Below are positions 27,366 through 43,808 of a stretch of 64,000 nt of DNA, one piece after another. The notes beneath the pieces are model-generated. The model ran no database searches, was not told the origin of the DNA, and saw nothing but the letters and a program-made list of their open reading frames with translations. Each line of letters begins with the position of its first letter. Within the stretch, counting starts at the first letter, position 1. Source of the stretch: the human T2T-CHM13v2.0 reference genome, Homo sapiens; assembly GCF_009914755.1 (NCBI RefSeq), contig NC_060928.1; one strand, given 5' to 3'. The translations under genes and the position numbers were made by a program.

Positions 27366-30214
27366 TGTATCGACTATTATTTTTAAGCCATTATTTTAAA
27401 ACATTCTGTCCTCACAAGCCCATTTGTGGGCCTAATTCCAAATAGAGGGATTAATGTCCACATGTGTACTGTATCTGTATTTTAATGATTAGATCTTTTA
27501 AGCCCTTACTAGAAATTATGTAATCATATTACTGTTGTCCTTCAAAGTTGATTTATAGGTAGACATACATCCCAGTATGGTGCCAGTGTGAGAATTCTTC
27601 TTTTGGATTTGCCTTCAGACCATTTTACAAGCCATTGAAGATAATGTTTTTGTGAATATAACTCATTTTTTGATCCAAGATAGACTCATTTTACTTTTCT
27701 GGACATGTGTATAAATGACATGTGACTTTCTCCAAAAGTCAGAGCTTCCATCATTAGATAACAATTTTCCATGATTTAGGATATAAAAAGTATATAGCCA
27801 GACTCTAAATAAATGTAATTATAGCAAATAATAAAAATTTTACAAAAATTAGGTTTTCAGCAACTGTTTAGATCAAAGAATTGAAAGTAGGCAAAACAAA
27901 ACTAAAACAAAAAACTTTGCTCCTACAAGAGTAAAATGCAGGTGCTTTGCGACAGTGAGGGAAAGAAAGCCCATACATTTTAACCCTTTAGGAGAGTTGC
28001 CACTGTTTTAGGCCACACCACTGACTTGTTACAGCTAACCTACCCTAAAAATATTAAAAGGACTTCAACGTATTTAGGCATGGTTAATGATAAGCAAAGG
28101 AAAGAAAAGAACTTGGTGAGGACTGTTTCCTAGTGACTTTATTAATGAGTAGAAACAGAAAATTGCAGCTGTGATGAGATGTTGACTTGTATAACCCTGA
28201 CAGAATACAAGAGGGAATGGTAATTTTCCAAAAAAGAAAATGACTAATTTATAAGAAAAGTTTTGAACTACAGGTTATAGGAAAGATATTTGAAAGGGCC
28301 TGACACCACTAAGTGCCAAATTTTATCTATTGGAATCAATTAAATTCTGTGAAGATGGTATTTTCATTAAAATCTTTCTGTATGTGCGTGATCTGTTATT
28401 CTTATGGTACAGCAAATATTGGAATTTAGTTATTTTCAGCTTTTAGAAACTGGATTCCTTTTCAATAGAGCCAATACAACAATGAAATAGGTTGTAAAAT
28501 CTAGTGTTTTTAATGAAGTCTATATTTGAACTAGTGAGTTTGTTTGGGCTTGCCTTTCATCTGCTATCTGTTATTCCTAGCTTAATTACCTGAGGCAGGG
28601 ATTTCATTAATTAATCCCATTTTTTCTTTTCAGATTGCATTTTGAGTAGTCAACAATTTGAAGAAAGATCTTCAGATTTGTTGTCATATATGATTTTTAT
28701 AGTATTAATCACTATTACTTTGATAGACGTGATCTCCAAATCACCTTCATTTTGATCTTACTCCCTTTGTTTCCCTTGCCTATTACTTTTCCAAGACATG
28801 ACCCTTTTCTGTGTGTTCTGCAGTTCTCTCTTCTGTGTCTTCTCATTCCTTTTATGCACCACATTTTTATAACTAGTGTTTCTGTGTTAAATCATTGGGA
28901 CCAGTTAGTAATCTCTAAATTCATTAGGAACAACCTATAAACATTAACACTCAACTTCCCTAGACATAGGTCATTTGCCTCTCCCACCCCTAAGTCTTTC
29001 ATGTCTGATCATTATTTTGTTTGGTACCATATTATTCAGTGGGTGTTCACATTAAAACTTGTAGCCCAGGTAAATTTAAAAATCAGATTTAGTCCTGGAA
29101 GCATTAGAATGTACCTTGTTGACTAAATTCATTTATAGCTAAAGAAGCTTAAAACTAATTTAAGCTCTGATTTGTGATTCCATTTAAAACATGCACAGAA
29201 TAACTTGACTTTCTAATAATTTCATGCTGTAATAATACAATATCATTTGATTATTTTTATCATATACTTATTACTTAGGTAATGAGAATTTTAAATCAGG
29301 AAAAAAATAATTTTTGTGTCATCACATCCAAAACCTAACAGAACCATTAAGGGTAACTAGTGGCTTTTACTTGCTCTAAAATAGAAAAACCTTTGTTAAA
29401 GAGGTGATCTTTCAAAATTCAAATATATTCTAACCTGATATGCTTCCTGGGGAAAATAGCTGGTTATATTTAGCACCATGCTGTTTGCCCAGTGGTCCTT
29501 AGATCTAGGTGGAGATTTCATAGATGACCCTTTGCACTGATAGACCTCTCAGCATGCTTTCTTTAACTCTGAAGCCACTAGAGTTTCGAGTGCAAATGCA
29601 GTTTTCAAAAATTCTCACAGCTGGAAAGATATGTGGAAAAAATTTTGCAATAATTAATGGGGACTACAAATTTGAATCTTTTTAATAAAAAGGAAAAATA
29701 TGCTGAGCTTCTGAAAGTACTGAACATCAGTGAAGCTTAAGATTCATCACATTTTTACAATACTTGTGTTCTCATTTCCTGTGTAACAGTAAGCATTTCA
29801 GTGATATTACCCTTTTTCTTGTCTTTCTTCATCTCTAATGCTAGAGTCAAATTTTTTATTGCTAAATAAGGTGTATAATTTGAAGGCAGAATTAATGTTT
29901 ATTGATGTTAGGAATACAAATATCGCAGAGATAGAGCATCGCTTATCTATTAAGACATTGATGAAACATTATAAAGTTAAAATTTGGAGAAAGGCGATCC
30001 TATTCAGTTGTTTATAAAGGACCTCATTGTTAGTTGATAAAATTTGAATGTAACCATTGCAATTGAGCAAGTTTGCCGAGCCTGTTACTGAAGAGAACAT
30101 ATGACTTTGGATTGATAAGGAGGGGAGCAAAACAAATAGCACTTTTGTACATGCTTCTAAATTTCTACATGGGACTTTTTCCTTCTCTATTGTGTGGTTT
30201 CTTTTTGTATCCAG

Positions 30215-30378
30215 GAAATAAACATGATGATGGTACGCAAAGTGATTCAGAGAATGCTGGGGCTCACAGGCGCTGTAGCAAATGTGCAACTCTTGAGGAA
30301 CACTTAAGACACCACCATTCAGAACACAAAAAGCTACAGAAGGTCCAGGCTACTGAAAAGCATCAAGACCAAGCTGTT
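30215..30378 (+). pseudogene. CEP170P1: CEP170-like exon ([13 protein letters not shown]...QDQAV)
   Basis: ORF 30073..30870; tatccag acceptor, GTT|GTAAGT donor. Confidence 0.88.
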
Positions 30379-30564
30379 GTAAGTCAAACTGCTTTTATGA
30401 TTGCATTCTTTGATGAAGACAATCCCAGAAAAAGAAGGTCATATTCTTTAACTCAAAGTGCGGGAATCTTGTGTCAGGAAACTACATATTCAACACCACA
30501 TACAAAACTTGAGAAAGCAAAGTCTTCAACAGCAGATGCCAAAGTGGTTTCTTTGTCTTTACAG

Positions 30565-30858
30565 ACTAGCTCTGTGCATCACAGAGGGGGGCATGGTGTT
30601 CCACATGGGAAACTGTTAAAACAGAAATCAGAGGAGCCATCGGTGTCAATACCCTTCCTACAAACTGCATTATTAAGAGGTTCAGAGAGTCTTGGGCACA
30701 GACCAAGCCAGGAGATGGATAAAATGTTAAAAAATCAAGCAACTTCTGCTACTTCTGAAAAGGATAATGATGATGACCAAAGTGACAAGGGTACTTATAC
30801 CATTGAGTTAGAGAATCCCAACAGTGAGGAAGTGGAAGCAAGAAAAATGATTCACAAG
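30565..30858 (+). pseudogene. CEP170P1: CEP170-like exon, 294 nt and frame-preserving (TSSVHHRGG...EARKMIHK)
   Basis: ctttgtctttacag acceptor, AAG|GTAAAT donor; same ORF 30073..30870. Confidence 0.88.
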
Positions 30859-31689
30859 GTAAATAATTGAAATTTGAGTGTGATCTTAGTTGTTGTGTGG
30901 TGTATTTGACTGGTGGAAACTATTGGAGAGTCAGCATGAGATGTTGTCATGCAGTCAGTGGTATGTGAATTTTAGGGTTTTATTAGGGAACTGCAAGACT
31001 AACAGTAAGACCAACATGCTTTGTGATTTTATTTGCTGATATTCTGAATTTACCTGAGTTTCATACATAAAGCTCTGTACATTTAAAAGGTTTGGACCTT
31101 TTTAATTTGTGTAAATTAAAGATAGGTTTTAAAAAAATAGTATGCTTTGGACATTCTTGCTTTGCATTTACTTAAAAAATAAAAAGAAACAACCAACAAA
31201 CATTGCTATAACTCTGTTAAACATAAATGTAGATATTAGCCAATAATAGTTAACCACAGATTTCCTACCTGCTGATTTCATGTTGGAAGATGAAAATACT
31301 TATTTTAGCTTTGTTCTTTGTCCGTATTTTTTCTTAATTTCTATTCACTGCTGTCACTGGTGGTAGAAGAGAAGTATATGAAAACAAAATCAGTTGTTTA
31401 TGATTTAGTTTACTAGTTTAACCACGTATATGACCAGTCATGATAGTTACCTACATTTCAAGTGTATTCTTTGATATTATTGGTTAGCTGTGTAAGGATT
31501 GTTGCATGGTTTAAAAAGTAATTTTTCTCAGTTTTGCCAATGGTCGTGAAAGGTTGACTTCAGAATCAGCTATCAAGGTTGCTGTTGAAAGTAATGGCAA
31601 AAACCGCAGTGACTTTTGCACCAACCTAATATTACCTCTTGCAAAACAGCAGTATCCGTTTGGCTAAACGTTAATCTTTTGTTTGAATT

Positions 31690-31852
31690 CTTGTTACTCA
31701 AATCCGCTCCATGGGTTAGCAGCATAAATATTACTTGGAAGCTTGTTAGAAATGCAGCTTCTCAGGCCCATCCTATATATACCAAGTCAAAATCTACATT
31801 AGAAATGAGATCTCCAGTTGACTAATGTGCACATTAACATTTGAGATGCACT
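31690..31852. mobile_element. MER5A-like hAT element
   Basis: gcttgttagaaatgcag...ctcaggcccatcc motif. Confidence 0.7.
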
Positions 31853-32294
31853 TATTTAGATGATGAGTTTCTGGAATGGCCTCTTCAGGGAGGAGGGCAA
31901 GATAAGATAACCCTTTGGGATGCAGGAAAAATATTAGAACTTAATGTTTACTTTTATTTTCATATTTTTAATTTTTATTTTGGATTGTGTTCTATAGTGT
32001 ATAAAATCTATTACTACACTGTAAGAGAGTATGTATAATTTCTAAACATACATTTATTGTGGAGTACATGCTTAAAGTTTACCACTGAGCTGCTCAACTC
32101 CAAACTTTTAGAGACCCATTGTCTGGGAAATAGGTGAGCAATATTATAGTTGTTAATATGAAAAGTATAGTGTTTAAGAAACATCTGATGTTTCTTAATG
32201 ACTGATCATAATGGCTGATGTTTTCCCATTAAAAGATTATTTTGCAGTGAAGGATTTTATATGTATATATATACAGAGAGAGAGAGAGAGAGTG

Positions 32295-32530
32295 CAGTTT
32301 AAGAACATGGACACTTGTAAGCAGACAGATCTGGGATTAAATATAAACTTTGCATGTGCTAGTGTGTGCCCTTGGGTAAAGTTACCTCTTTAAGCCTCAG
32401 TTTCTTTTATCTCTGAAACAGAGGCGATATCACTAGATTATAAAAAGAATTCAATAAAACATGTAAAAGGCTTATCACAATACCTATCTTATTATATTGC
32501 TTTATAAGTGTTGCTTTATCATTACTGTTA
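32295..32530 (+). mobile_element. MIR
   Basis: ccttgggtaaagttacctctttaagcctcagtttc core. Confidence 0.7.
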
Positions 32531-34267
32531 TTAGGAGTTTCCACATTTGAATCTCTACATAAAGTACTGACAAATCCCAGAATGTTCTTTCAGCACTGAA
32601 AGGGTTAAATATACAACCACAATGGAAGTGACAGTGTGAGGGGCTAGCTTGGCCAGGACAGCAGAAAGCCAAGAAAGAAGTCATTGTAGCAGATGAAACT
32701 CTTCAGGAAACTGCTGGATAGAGAGGGTGGCCACAAAACCTGTTTTACACCTGTTGCCTGCAATTATCATAAGCATCATTTTTTATTCTCAGAGTCCATT
32801 TTGACAGCAAATTATATGGTCACACTGTGGGTAGAGAAACCCAAGACTTTAGAGCAGGAGTCATTTAAAGGAGTAATGGTAGTGTGTGACTGTGTACATA
32901 GTTCAAAGTCATTCTTAGTTTGTATAAACCAGAAAATGAAGCTGAGACCATATTGCTGGGAAGAACAAAGCTCACTACATTATCTTGTGACTACCAAAGA
33001 AAAAGAGCTAAGATTCCATTAGTTTGAATCCACATAAAGCTTAAAGCCAAATTTGGGCTAATTAAAGTCAGGCTCTGGGAAAACAAAAGCATAAAAGCAG
33101 GAATCATGTCTGAGTAAGATGAAGTAACCTGTGGGTATGAAGAAAACAAAGACCAACAACAGCCAGAAGGAAGGCAGAAAAAGCACTTTGGGAGGATAGG
33201 AGTAGATACAGGCATCATATCAAGTTGCCTGGACGAGTGTTGTCATCCAGTTTCTCCATTTTGAGGTTTGAGTGTGTGGGATTGAAGTTGGGGCCATCAG
33301 CTGTTGTTTGTCTGAATTTAAATGTTCTTTGGTCCTGGAAACGTTCATGTGGTCTAACTCTTCTTTTCATGTCATCATTTGAGATGTGTTCTATTTCATT
33401 GATTCATTTATTTAGCAACTTTAATTCAACATTAACTATGTGCCAGGCTTTGTGTCTACGAGAAGGTGATTCACAATGAAAAGACTGAGCTCTTTCTCTC
33501 AAGAAATGGCTGTGTACTGGAATAGATATACACAGACGAAAACCAAGACTTTAAAAATAAAGCTGTTGGAGGAAAGCTACCAATAGCTTCCAAGAGGAGA
33601 TCTCAGGTCTTCAGAGGACATTCCTTCCTCAGAGAAGTCTTTAGTCGTTCAGTTAAAAAAAAAAAAAAGTAGTCACTGTCATCAACTTGTTTCATTTTAA
33701 TCATAAGCTTTATTACTGCTTCACCAGTTCACTGTTTATTCATTTGCCTCCCCACTCCCATTGGAAAGAGACACAAACAAATGTAAACTCCATGACTGTA
33801 GGAACCTAGTGCCAGCATATAAAATGTCCTCAATAAATATTGCCAGCTGAGCTAGTCGTGAAACATACATAATTAATCCCATAACAGGCATGCTAGGTAG
33901 AGTTTTCCAGAAATATGGAACAGCCTATTCGAAAGCACAGGAGCACACATGACTTGTTCAGAGGACCACAGTTACTTTTGAAGAGATGAGATTGGACTCG
34001 ATATTGAAGTTCATTATATATCATACTGAGGACTTTAATGCTGAAGGCAGTGGGGAATCATTGAAAACATTTAAGTAGGGCAATGACATGGTCGAGTCAC
34101 TGTCAGAAGTGTGAAGTATGGATTGAACACTGGAAATGCCAGAAGCACAGAAGGCAATCTAAAAGCTGCTGTCATGTCCAGTAGTCAATTAGTTAATGAC
34201 TAGATCTTAGGTAAGAGGCCTGGGCTAAAAATACAGATCTGGGAATTATTAGACAATAGAGGGCAGC

Positions 34268-34686
34268 TGTCTTAGTACGTTTTGTGTTGCTGTATCTGAG
34301 ACTGGGTAGCTTATCAAGAAAAGAGGTTTATTTAGCTCACAATTCTGCAGGCTGGGAAATTCTAGAGCATAGCTCCACATATGGCTGGCTTATGTTAAGG
34401 GCTACATGCTGGGTCAAAACATGGTAGAGAAAGTCAGAGGGGAAGTGGACATATGCAAAAAGGCAAAACAAGAGGGGCTGCCTCACTTTATAACAGTCTA
34501 CTGTGAAGGGAACAAATCCATTCCCATAAGAACAAGAACTCACAAGATAGCATTAATATATTCATGAGAGATCTGTCTTTTTGACCCAAACACCTCCCAT
34601 TAGGCCTCACCTCCCAACACTGTCACACTGGCAATTAAACTTCTATATGAGTTTTGGCAGGGACAAACCACATCCAAACCATAGCA
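34268..34686 (-). mobile_element. MST-type MaLR solo LTR within L2 remnants
   Basis: tgtcttagt...aagaaaagaggtttatttagctcacaattctgcaggctg...catccaaaccatagca termini. Confidence 0.85.
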
Positions 34687-37648
34687 GTAATTGAATACAA
34701 AATAAGAGATGAGATTAATCAGAGAAAATGTATAGGGTGAGAGCAAATAAAGTATGAAAATCTCAGCAACACCAACATTGATGGACAAAGGAGAAGGGCG
34801 AACGAAGGAAACTGAAAAATATGAAACAGGAATAAGAGAAAACCAAAGGAATATGTAGCATCTTGGAATCAAAAGCAGAGCAAAGAGAAGTCAGTAAGCA
34901 ACAGTATCACATGACACACTGATGTTAACTATGATGAGCACAGAATGCCTTTTCAGTTTTTCTCCAAAATACATTGTAATTCTTGGGCTAAAGAAGATGA
35001 GCAAACTATGTATTTGCATCTTACCTTGGGAAGAGTTGCATAGCATTAAAATAGGATTTCTTTAAAGAGATGACCAAGCTAAACTGCTGTATCCTTATTT
35101 TTCTGTGCTGGTAGTAGTTAAAAGATAGTGAACTACCTACCCTCTTTTTCTGTCGCCAAGTTATGAGATGACAGCATTTGGGTTTGTATTTTGGGGCTGT
35201 CTCTCTCAATAGATCACCTTATTTTATGCATGTCCTCAAATTCACCTTTAAAATGTTAACACAAATACCTGATATTGATAAAGACCTCTTAAGTTTTACA
35301 TCTAAGTTTACATGGAAATACACTATAAGAAAGTGCTGTTGACTGCCTAGATTAAAGGCATTTATCTCTCATAGTAGTAATTATCTCTCCCAACCCTCTC
35401 TCCCTTGGCCTCTCCGATAACTACCTTCCCATTACAGTACCAGTTTCTTCTCTCCACTCTTCCATCAAAAGAGATAACCACTGAGGCAAAAGGAAGACCT
35501 TGTCAGGGTTACTTCCTAACCTCCTAAGCTAAATAGGAGAAACTTGTGGTAAGAACAGAAAGCTAAACATTAAAGGAACATGAAAAAATGATCATTGTGG
35601 AGGGCTTGAGGAACTATCCTCTTAAAAGAAATATTTCTCCTCATAAATTTCATACCATTAGACCAACTCTGCCAGATACTTTTCTTGTCCTGAGTTTTGA
35701 TTCTTGTTCATTGTGTCAATATAGCTCCCCTACAAAGCCTCTTATTAGCGTCTTTTCTTCCCTCATAGGGCCTGGTCACTGCTGGTTCTATAAGCAACAG
35801 TTGGTAGGGAAGAATCTAGAGCCAGGAGACCTATAACAAAACTAGAAACATGGGAGGAAGAACATTTACAGCAGCGAGTCAAACAGCTCAAGAAAGTCAG
35901 TGCTGAGGATCTGGACCCTGTAAAAATATTCCAAACCCTGAAAGTCACAGCAAGATTTAAGATGAGATCCAAGTAAGAGCCAGGGAACGATGATAAACCA
36001 GAATCAAAATCTATGTAGACAGTGCTACATAGAACTCAGAGGAAGGCAGGATGTCCAAAGTCCACTCAGATAGAAAATTAGATGTGCATGGGAACTCAAG
36101 GAGTAGGAGATCAAGTAAGAGCCTTGGACAATAGGAGAAGACTTTGACAACAGAGTCAGTATTTTTATTTTTGACTGAGCAATTTTTTCTATATTGAGAA
36201 TTTTTTCTTTTTAATTTCTACCAGGAGAGCTTACTTTTGGTTTCTCTGATTAGTTCTCCTCAACCCTTCTTAACCTCTGCTGCCTCCTTCCTGGGTATAA
36301 GAAACCCTCTCCTGCTATGTTAATTTCCAAAGCTTCACCAGGGAACCCTCACCTTTTATTCAGCCAGACACCTAACATAATAGGTTTGTCCTCATTTTCC
36401 TTTCTCTCTTATTGTATGAAATTCTATTTATTTTCCTCTTTGAGGAAATTGTGCCCTCAATCTAATAAGCTCTTCCTTGTCTTTTTGGCATGCCTAGCTT
36501 CTCATAATTCATTTTATTTATTCCTTCCATCTTTTTATTGTGGAAAATACATATAAGAAAATCTATCGTCTTAGCAATTTTTAAGTGTAGAGTTTAGTGT
36601 TATTAAATACGTTTAAAATGTTGCACAACCATCACCACCATCCATCTCTGTAACTTTTTGTCTTGAAAAATGTAAACTCTATACCCATCTCATAATCCAC
36701 TTTGAAGTGGCTTTTACTCACCACTCTATTTAAAGTAGCTGCATCATTCACTTCTTATATCTCTCCATCAGATTGCCATGTTGTGTTTTCTTTATAGAAC
36801 TCACTTCCATCTGGTTTATTTTCTGTTTGTCCACTCTAAGATGATGTTATTTGTCTTGTTCACATCGTATCCCTTGTGTCTAGAACAGTGTCTGGCATGT
36901 AATAAAGACACTCAATAAATATCTTTTGAATGTGAATGAATGAGAAAGAAAAATTTTTGACCTGCTTTTTCATTTGTTAGCATTTGTATATGATTCATTG
37001 TATATTGGATAACTTATTTCAATGAATTTATAGATTAATTAAATCCAACCACGCCCCCACAAAGAAATTTTTCTGCATTTTTATATGCTGAAACTAGTTT
37101 ATATCTTGATTCCAAAATAACTTGTTAAAATATATAGTTTAAAACCTTGTATATATTATAAACTTAGCTTTGTAATATTAAGTATGAAAGCTGCAAAGAT
37201 AGATAGTCTCAGAAGAAGAAGAAATGTATAAATTTCGGGGAGATGCTGTGATAAATAGACTAGACTTACCTTTGAGTTCCTAGCGATACCTACCTGACAG
37301 CTTCCAGCTGGAAAATCTGCTTGGCAAGGAAAGGGGAATATGATTATTGATGAACTTCCAGCTTATAGGGACTGTAAGAGGGGATGCATGACCAGGGAAT
37401 GAACCATAAAAAGGAGAGAAATTGGACATTTAAATTTTAGAGGAATTAGATGAGATCTAAGTATAATTTGAAGATATGAAAGAAAGAGCAAATCGAGAAA
37501 GATGTAGGAAGTGATGGGAGGGAAGAGATTATGGATGTAAGACTTCTAAGTAATGGGGAGAATCAAGGACACAAGATAGGTTAAGAGGGAAGACAAAGAT
37601 TTAAGAACATGTTTTCACCCAGACAGGGGAGCAAAGGAAGAAGACAGA

Positions 37649-38770
<1,122 letters not shown>

Positions 38771-40569
38771 GTACCAGGATAAATTATAAAATGTCTCTCC
38801 TGACTCCCTTTCTGTGCTCTTCTAATAATTTTGTCTGAATTTTAAATTTAAAAGTTGATTACAAATATGTGATAAAAATCACAGTGTTAAATATTCAGAA
38901 TAACTTATTCCATTGAATTTTAAGGGATTTTTCTTTTTAAAAGTAAAATTAGATTTTCATAGACAATTACAAAAATAAATTCCCCTCTTAAATCATCCTG
39001 ATTTAGTTCCTTGACACTAGTGGCTAGAATTCTGCATAATTCTTAAAGTGTCAAATTACTTTCATGGGCCATGGGAACCTCTACTATTGATTTGATCCAA
39101 CAGAGACCCTGCTCTCCTTACCCAAGAAGTCTTTGCTCATTGAGGAGAAAGATGTTCTGGTTATCTGAGGTTGAAACTTGAGTACATTTTTACTTGGACA
39201 CCTTGACGTGATTGATATACTAATGCAATATTATTTTTCATTTGTTACTTTAAAATAAGACTGTAGAAGTTAGATGTTTAATCTGCCATTATATTTTTCA
39301 TTTCTGTGGGAATATGAATTCTGAATTCCTACTGATTTGGATATTTTTTAAACTAATAAATTAGCACTATTGCTATTGAATTATCATTTTGCTCTACACT
39401 GTATTACTATAGTTTTATGCCTACATCTTACCCCACAGCGCTTCTCTTCTTTCACAATGGTCTCTATTTTCTGTCACAATCAGCAAGCTTCCCGTATGTG
39501 ATGTTACTAAATGTAAATTTTGACCTCTCTGCAAATATTCAATAGGTAGGATATTTATCCCCATGAAAGTTGACCCTGCATCCCCCATCCTCACCATTCT
39601 GATTTCAGAATTGGACACTGTGCATCTTTGCACAGACTGAGCTTTTAAATAATAATGACTATGATCATAATATGCTAGTGAAAAAAATCAGTCAAACTTT
39701 TCATAGGTTTGGTTTGTATTGTACGAGTTTGTTATCTGGAGAATGTCTAGTCTCTTTAAACTTAAAACTAAAATCTAAAAATATAGTTTGGTTCTTATGG
39801 ATATTTGGTTTTAATTACAGAATATTCCTGCATGGTTCTTTCAGGTGACAGCCTCTTCTTTTTATAAGCTCCTTTATCAGACGTAACCTCCTCAAAAGCA
39901 AAGACTGTCATACAGATTTTGTAATCCCCTGCAGTGGCTAGCCAAGTAGCCTGTGGAGAGTAAGTGCCATTCCTCAGTAACAGGTTGTTAAAATTGTTTA
40001 CAGTAGCCACTGAGCTTTGGATTTGAAATCCCAAAGTGAAATGCCAAATATACAAATGTATTCAGAAGAAAAGATTGTTTCATGATTGTTGGAGTGGGAT
40101 AGGGAGGGAGGTACTGCCTTCTTATCCCAGACCTAAAGGCCATGGCAGAGGGGTTGTGGCTCACTCCACAAATAGAGATGTATCTACTCGGATCGGGGGA
40201 ACTGTAGGAGAGAATATGTGAAAGCCACTTCCTACGCCCAATACGAATGAGTTGTCTTTAAACATCTGCCAGGCCCAGGCAGCTCTCCATGCAAGTGCAA
40301 GTTCACAAAGAAGTTTTCTACTCCTGTCCTATTCCGCCTTCCTTTGATCCTACTCTGGAAGAATTAGAAACTGGCAAACTTGGGGTGCAAGCATAAAAAT
40401 TAGGTGTCTCATCTCCTTCCCCACTGTGGACTTCTAGCCTACAGAAGTTCCTAGCTGAATGAAAGACCTAGATTTTGTACTATCTCATGTTTGGGATTTG
40501 GATTGAGACCAGACCAGAGAAGAGAATCATGAGCCTAGAGCTGAGATACTATGTTGGAAATACCTTTGA

Positions 40570-40914
<345 letters not shown>

Positions 40915-42903
40915 CTATATAGTTGGTAATTGAAGTGAAGCCTCGCATGTTCCTAGGTGAAATCACCTGGGAATAGAATCTAAAATGAAAGGTGAGAGAA
41001 CCTAGCATACTTGGTCTTGGTTTTGAGGAGCTCTCAAGTTCTGTACAATTATCAGCTCTTTTTTCAGATTGTAGGTACCTTTTATAAGTGTGAAAAGTAC
41101 ACTAACTTTAAGTATATAGACAGTATAAACTTTATATATTTGTTTTCACATAAAGTTGTCACAGGTGGATGTGTTTCTACTTAGAGGCAGAAACGCATAG
41201 ATATGGATTTCAATCTGGGCTGGTAGTCATTGCTATCATTAATTTTTCAAAACGCTATCAAAACAGATGTGAAATTTGAAGGCTTCTTTCCCCACACTGT
41301 AGTAGGTCAGGCCCTACCACTTGTTTGGAGAAGAGATAATTGTTACTTAATAATGTATGTATAGCTGTCTCTAATGCTTTAAAAGGAATCTGTCGAAAGT
41401 CATCCCAGTATTTTCTGTCCTGCTTCAGCTCCCCTTCCTCACAGGATTAGTTCGTGTGTTTTTTGTTGTCATTTCAAAGTGGTGTCAGAAGTGATTTAGA
41501 GAGGTTCATGATATTTTATTTGAAACTGCTGGTGCTTAGATGTTTGAGGAAATCAACTTTTTAGTGTGGATTAGAATTAAATATTCATCAGAAAATCACT
41601 CAAGGTAATTTCTAAATTACATGTCAAACAGATGCAAAAATGCAAGTACTCATGTGGTTATTTTAACTTTCAAACCTGAGTTAGATTTTTGTTAGTAATT
41701 ATAAAATAAGTAAATAAACTTCAGTAAAATTGGAGTTCAGTGACTTGAGTTAGGAATGATTAACTTTTTTAAAGACGGACACAAATAACTTGAATAGCTA
41801 TAATTTGCTTTCTTTACAAGTGGGGGTTAAAGGTAGAGGACACAGGTTATACTCTGGTTTTTTCACTGCTGTTAAACTTAACGCTAATATTAAGCAAAAC
41901 GAAGCAGTTTTTGTTTTTTCCCTTCTGTACATTGTGCTTCCATGTATTAAAATTCATATTTGATTTAAAATAAACAATATATAATTTACTCTTAAAGCAA
42001 AGATAATTTAAATATTGAGGAGTTCAAGAGAATATTAAATCATAATTCTTGACAATTATGGTTATGTTAGAATTAAATATTAAGTAATAAGGCCATCTAG
42101 TGGTAAAATTTTCAAGTTTTAGTGAATGAGAAAGTCTGATATCTGTTTCACTAAATATGAACTTTAGAGCTTATCAGATAGCTGTACTATAAGACCATTA
42201 AAACTTTATGTCTAGAAAATAGTTTAGCCTGAGGTAGCTTCTCCTTATAGAAAATGAAGGCTCTCTGGTTATATCCTAAAGATCCTGTTTGCAAATTGCT
42301 CATTCAAATGCATGATATTTTTCTAGATTGTAATAATCAGAGCCACAAACAATAACTATAAAGAATAAAAATTGGGAACACAGTGGAGATTTAATAGCAG
42401 AATAGAATGTTAATATTTATATGCCTAAAATTTTTCCAATCTATTCTGTGACATCCAGGGCCTATTATGTGCCAGGAAATGAGTAAGACTCAGGTCCTGC
42501 CCATAAAAGCACGCCATTGTTTGTCTTTGTATTTAGAACTTTTCAGAAGTGCTGGACATTGACAACTTGCTTTTTGAAACAATTAATCTTAAATAGGCCT
42601 GGAATCTGCATTTCAAACAAAGGTCTTTAAGGGATTGTTAGGCAAATACAGTTTGAGAATTATGCTATCTACTATACAATTATACAATAAAATGGCACCT
42701 TAGAAAATGTTATGCGTAAATGTAACTCAGATATGTAAATGGTAAACATTTGCTAGGGAAGGAACAGATAAAATCAGCCACATGTTTATGGTTTTTCAAC
42801 AAGTGTCACAAAAATAATAGAGCAAAGAAGCTGAAAAGAAACTGAAGAGATACTTTTTTCTAACTCTTTGCATTGTTGTAGTGTTTAACAACGTTATTAA
42901 ATC

Positions 42904-43200
42904 TTTTTTTTTTTTTTTGAAACAGGGTCTCACTTTTTTGCCCAGGCTGGAATGCAGTGGCGTGATCTCAGCTCACTGTAACCTCCGCCTCCTGGGTTCA
43001 AGCTATTTTCTTGCCTCAGCCTCCCAAGTAGCTGGGACTATAGGCGCGTGGCACCACGCCCAGCTAATTTTTGTATTTTTAGTAGAAACGGGGTTTCACC
43101 ATGTTGGCCAGGCTGGTCCGGAACTCCTGACCTCAAGTGATCTGCTCGCCTCGGCCTCCCAAAGTGCTGGGATTACAGGTGTGTGCCACCATGCCTGACC
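42904..43200 (-). mobile_element. Alu (AluS-like)
   Basis: Full dimer. Confidence 0.92.
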
Positions 43201-43295
43201 TATTAAATCTTTTAACAAATAAAATATGTCTTGAATATTTTTTTTTAAATCGAACAGGACATTTGCTAAATGTTAAAAAAAGGATAGTTACTTTC

Positions 43296-43589
43296 GGCTA
43301 GGCATGTTGGCTCATGCCTGTAATCCCAGCAGTTTGGGAGGCCGAGGCGGGCGGATCACCTGAGGTCGGGAGTTCGAGACCAGCCTGACCAACATGGAAA
43401 AACCCTGTCTCTACTACAAATACAAAATTAGCCGGGCATGGTGGCGCATGCCTGTAATCCCAGCCACTCAGGAAGCTGAGGCAGGAAAATCGCTTGAACC
43501 CGGGAGGCGGAGGTTGCGGTGAGCCGAGATCACGCCACTGTACTCCAGCCTGGGCAACAAGAGTGAAACTCTGTCTCAAAAAAAAAAAA
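43296..43589 (+). mobile_element. Alu (AluSp-like)
   Basis: Full dimer; TSD aaaaggata(g/a)ttactttc. Confidence 0.93.
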
Positions 43590-43808
43590 GGATAATTACT
43601 TTCACATAAGCTGTGACTGCCTGCTTTCATTTCTAGCTATCACAATTAGCTGTTACTGTCATTCAAGAAGTTTTCCTTAGTTTTGAAATTAACTATTAAA
43701 ATTAATTTGGAATATTTTTATTTGCCTCTGAAGTTAATTGTACTATTCACGTATTAATCTTGTGTTCAGACTTTTCATTTTCATTTATAAAATAATTTTT
43801 CCCTCTAC

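Noticed and set aside
43807-43808. Second U12 AT-AC intron
   Set aside because: The upstream donor is GTAAAT and there is no TTCCTTRAY branch site, so it is better explained as a mutated AG
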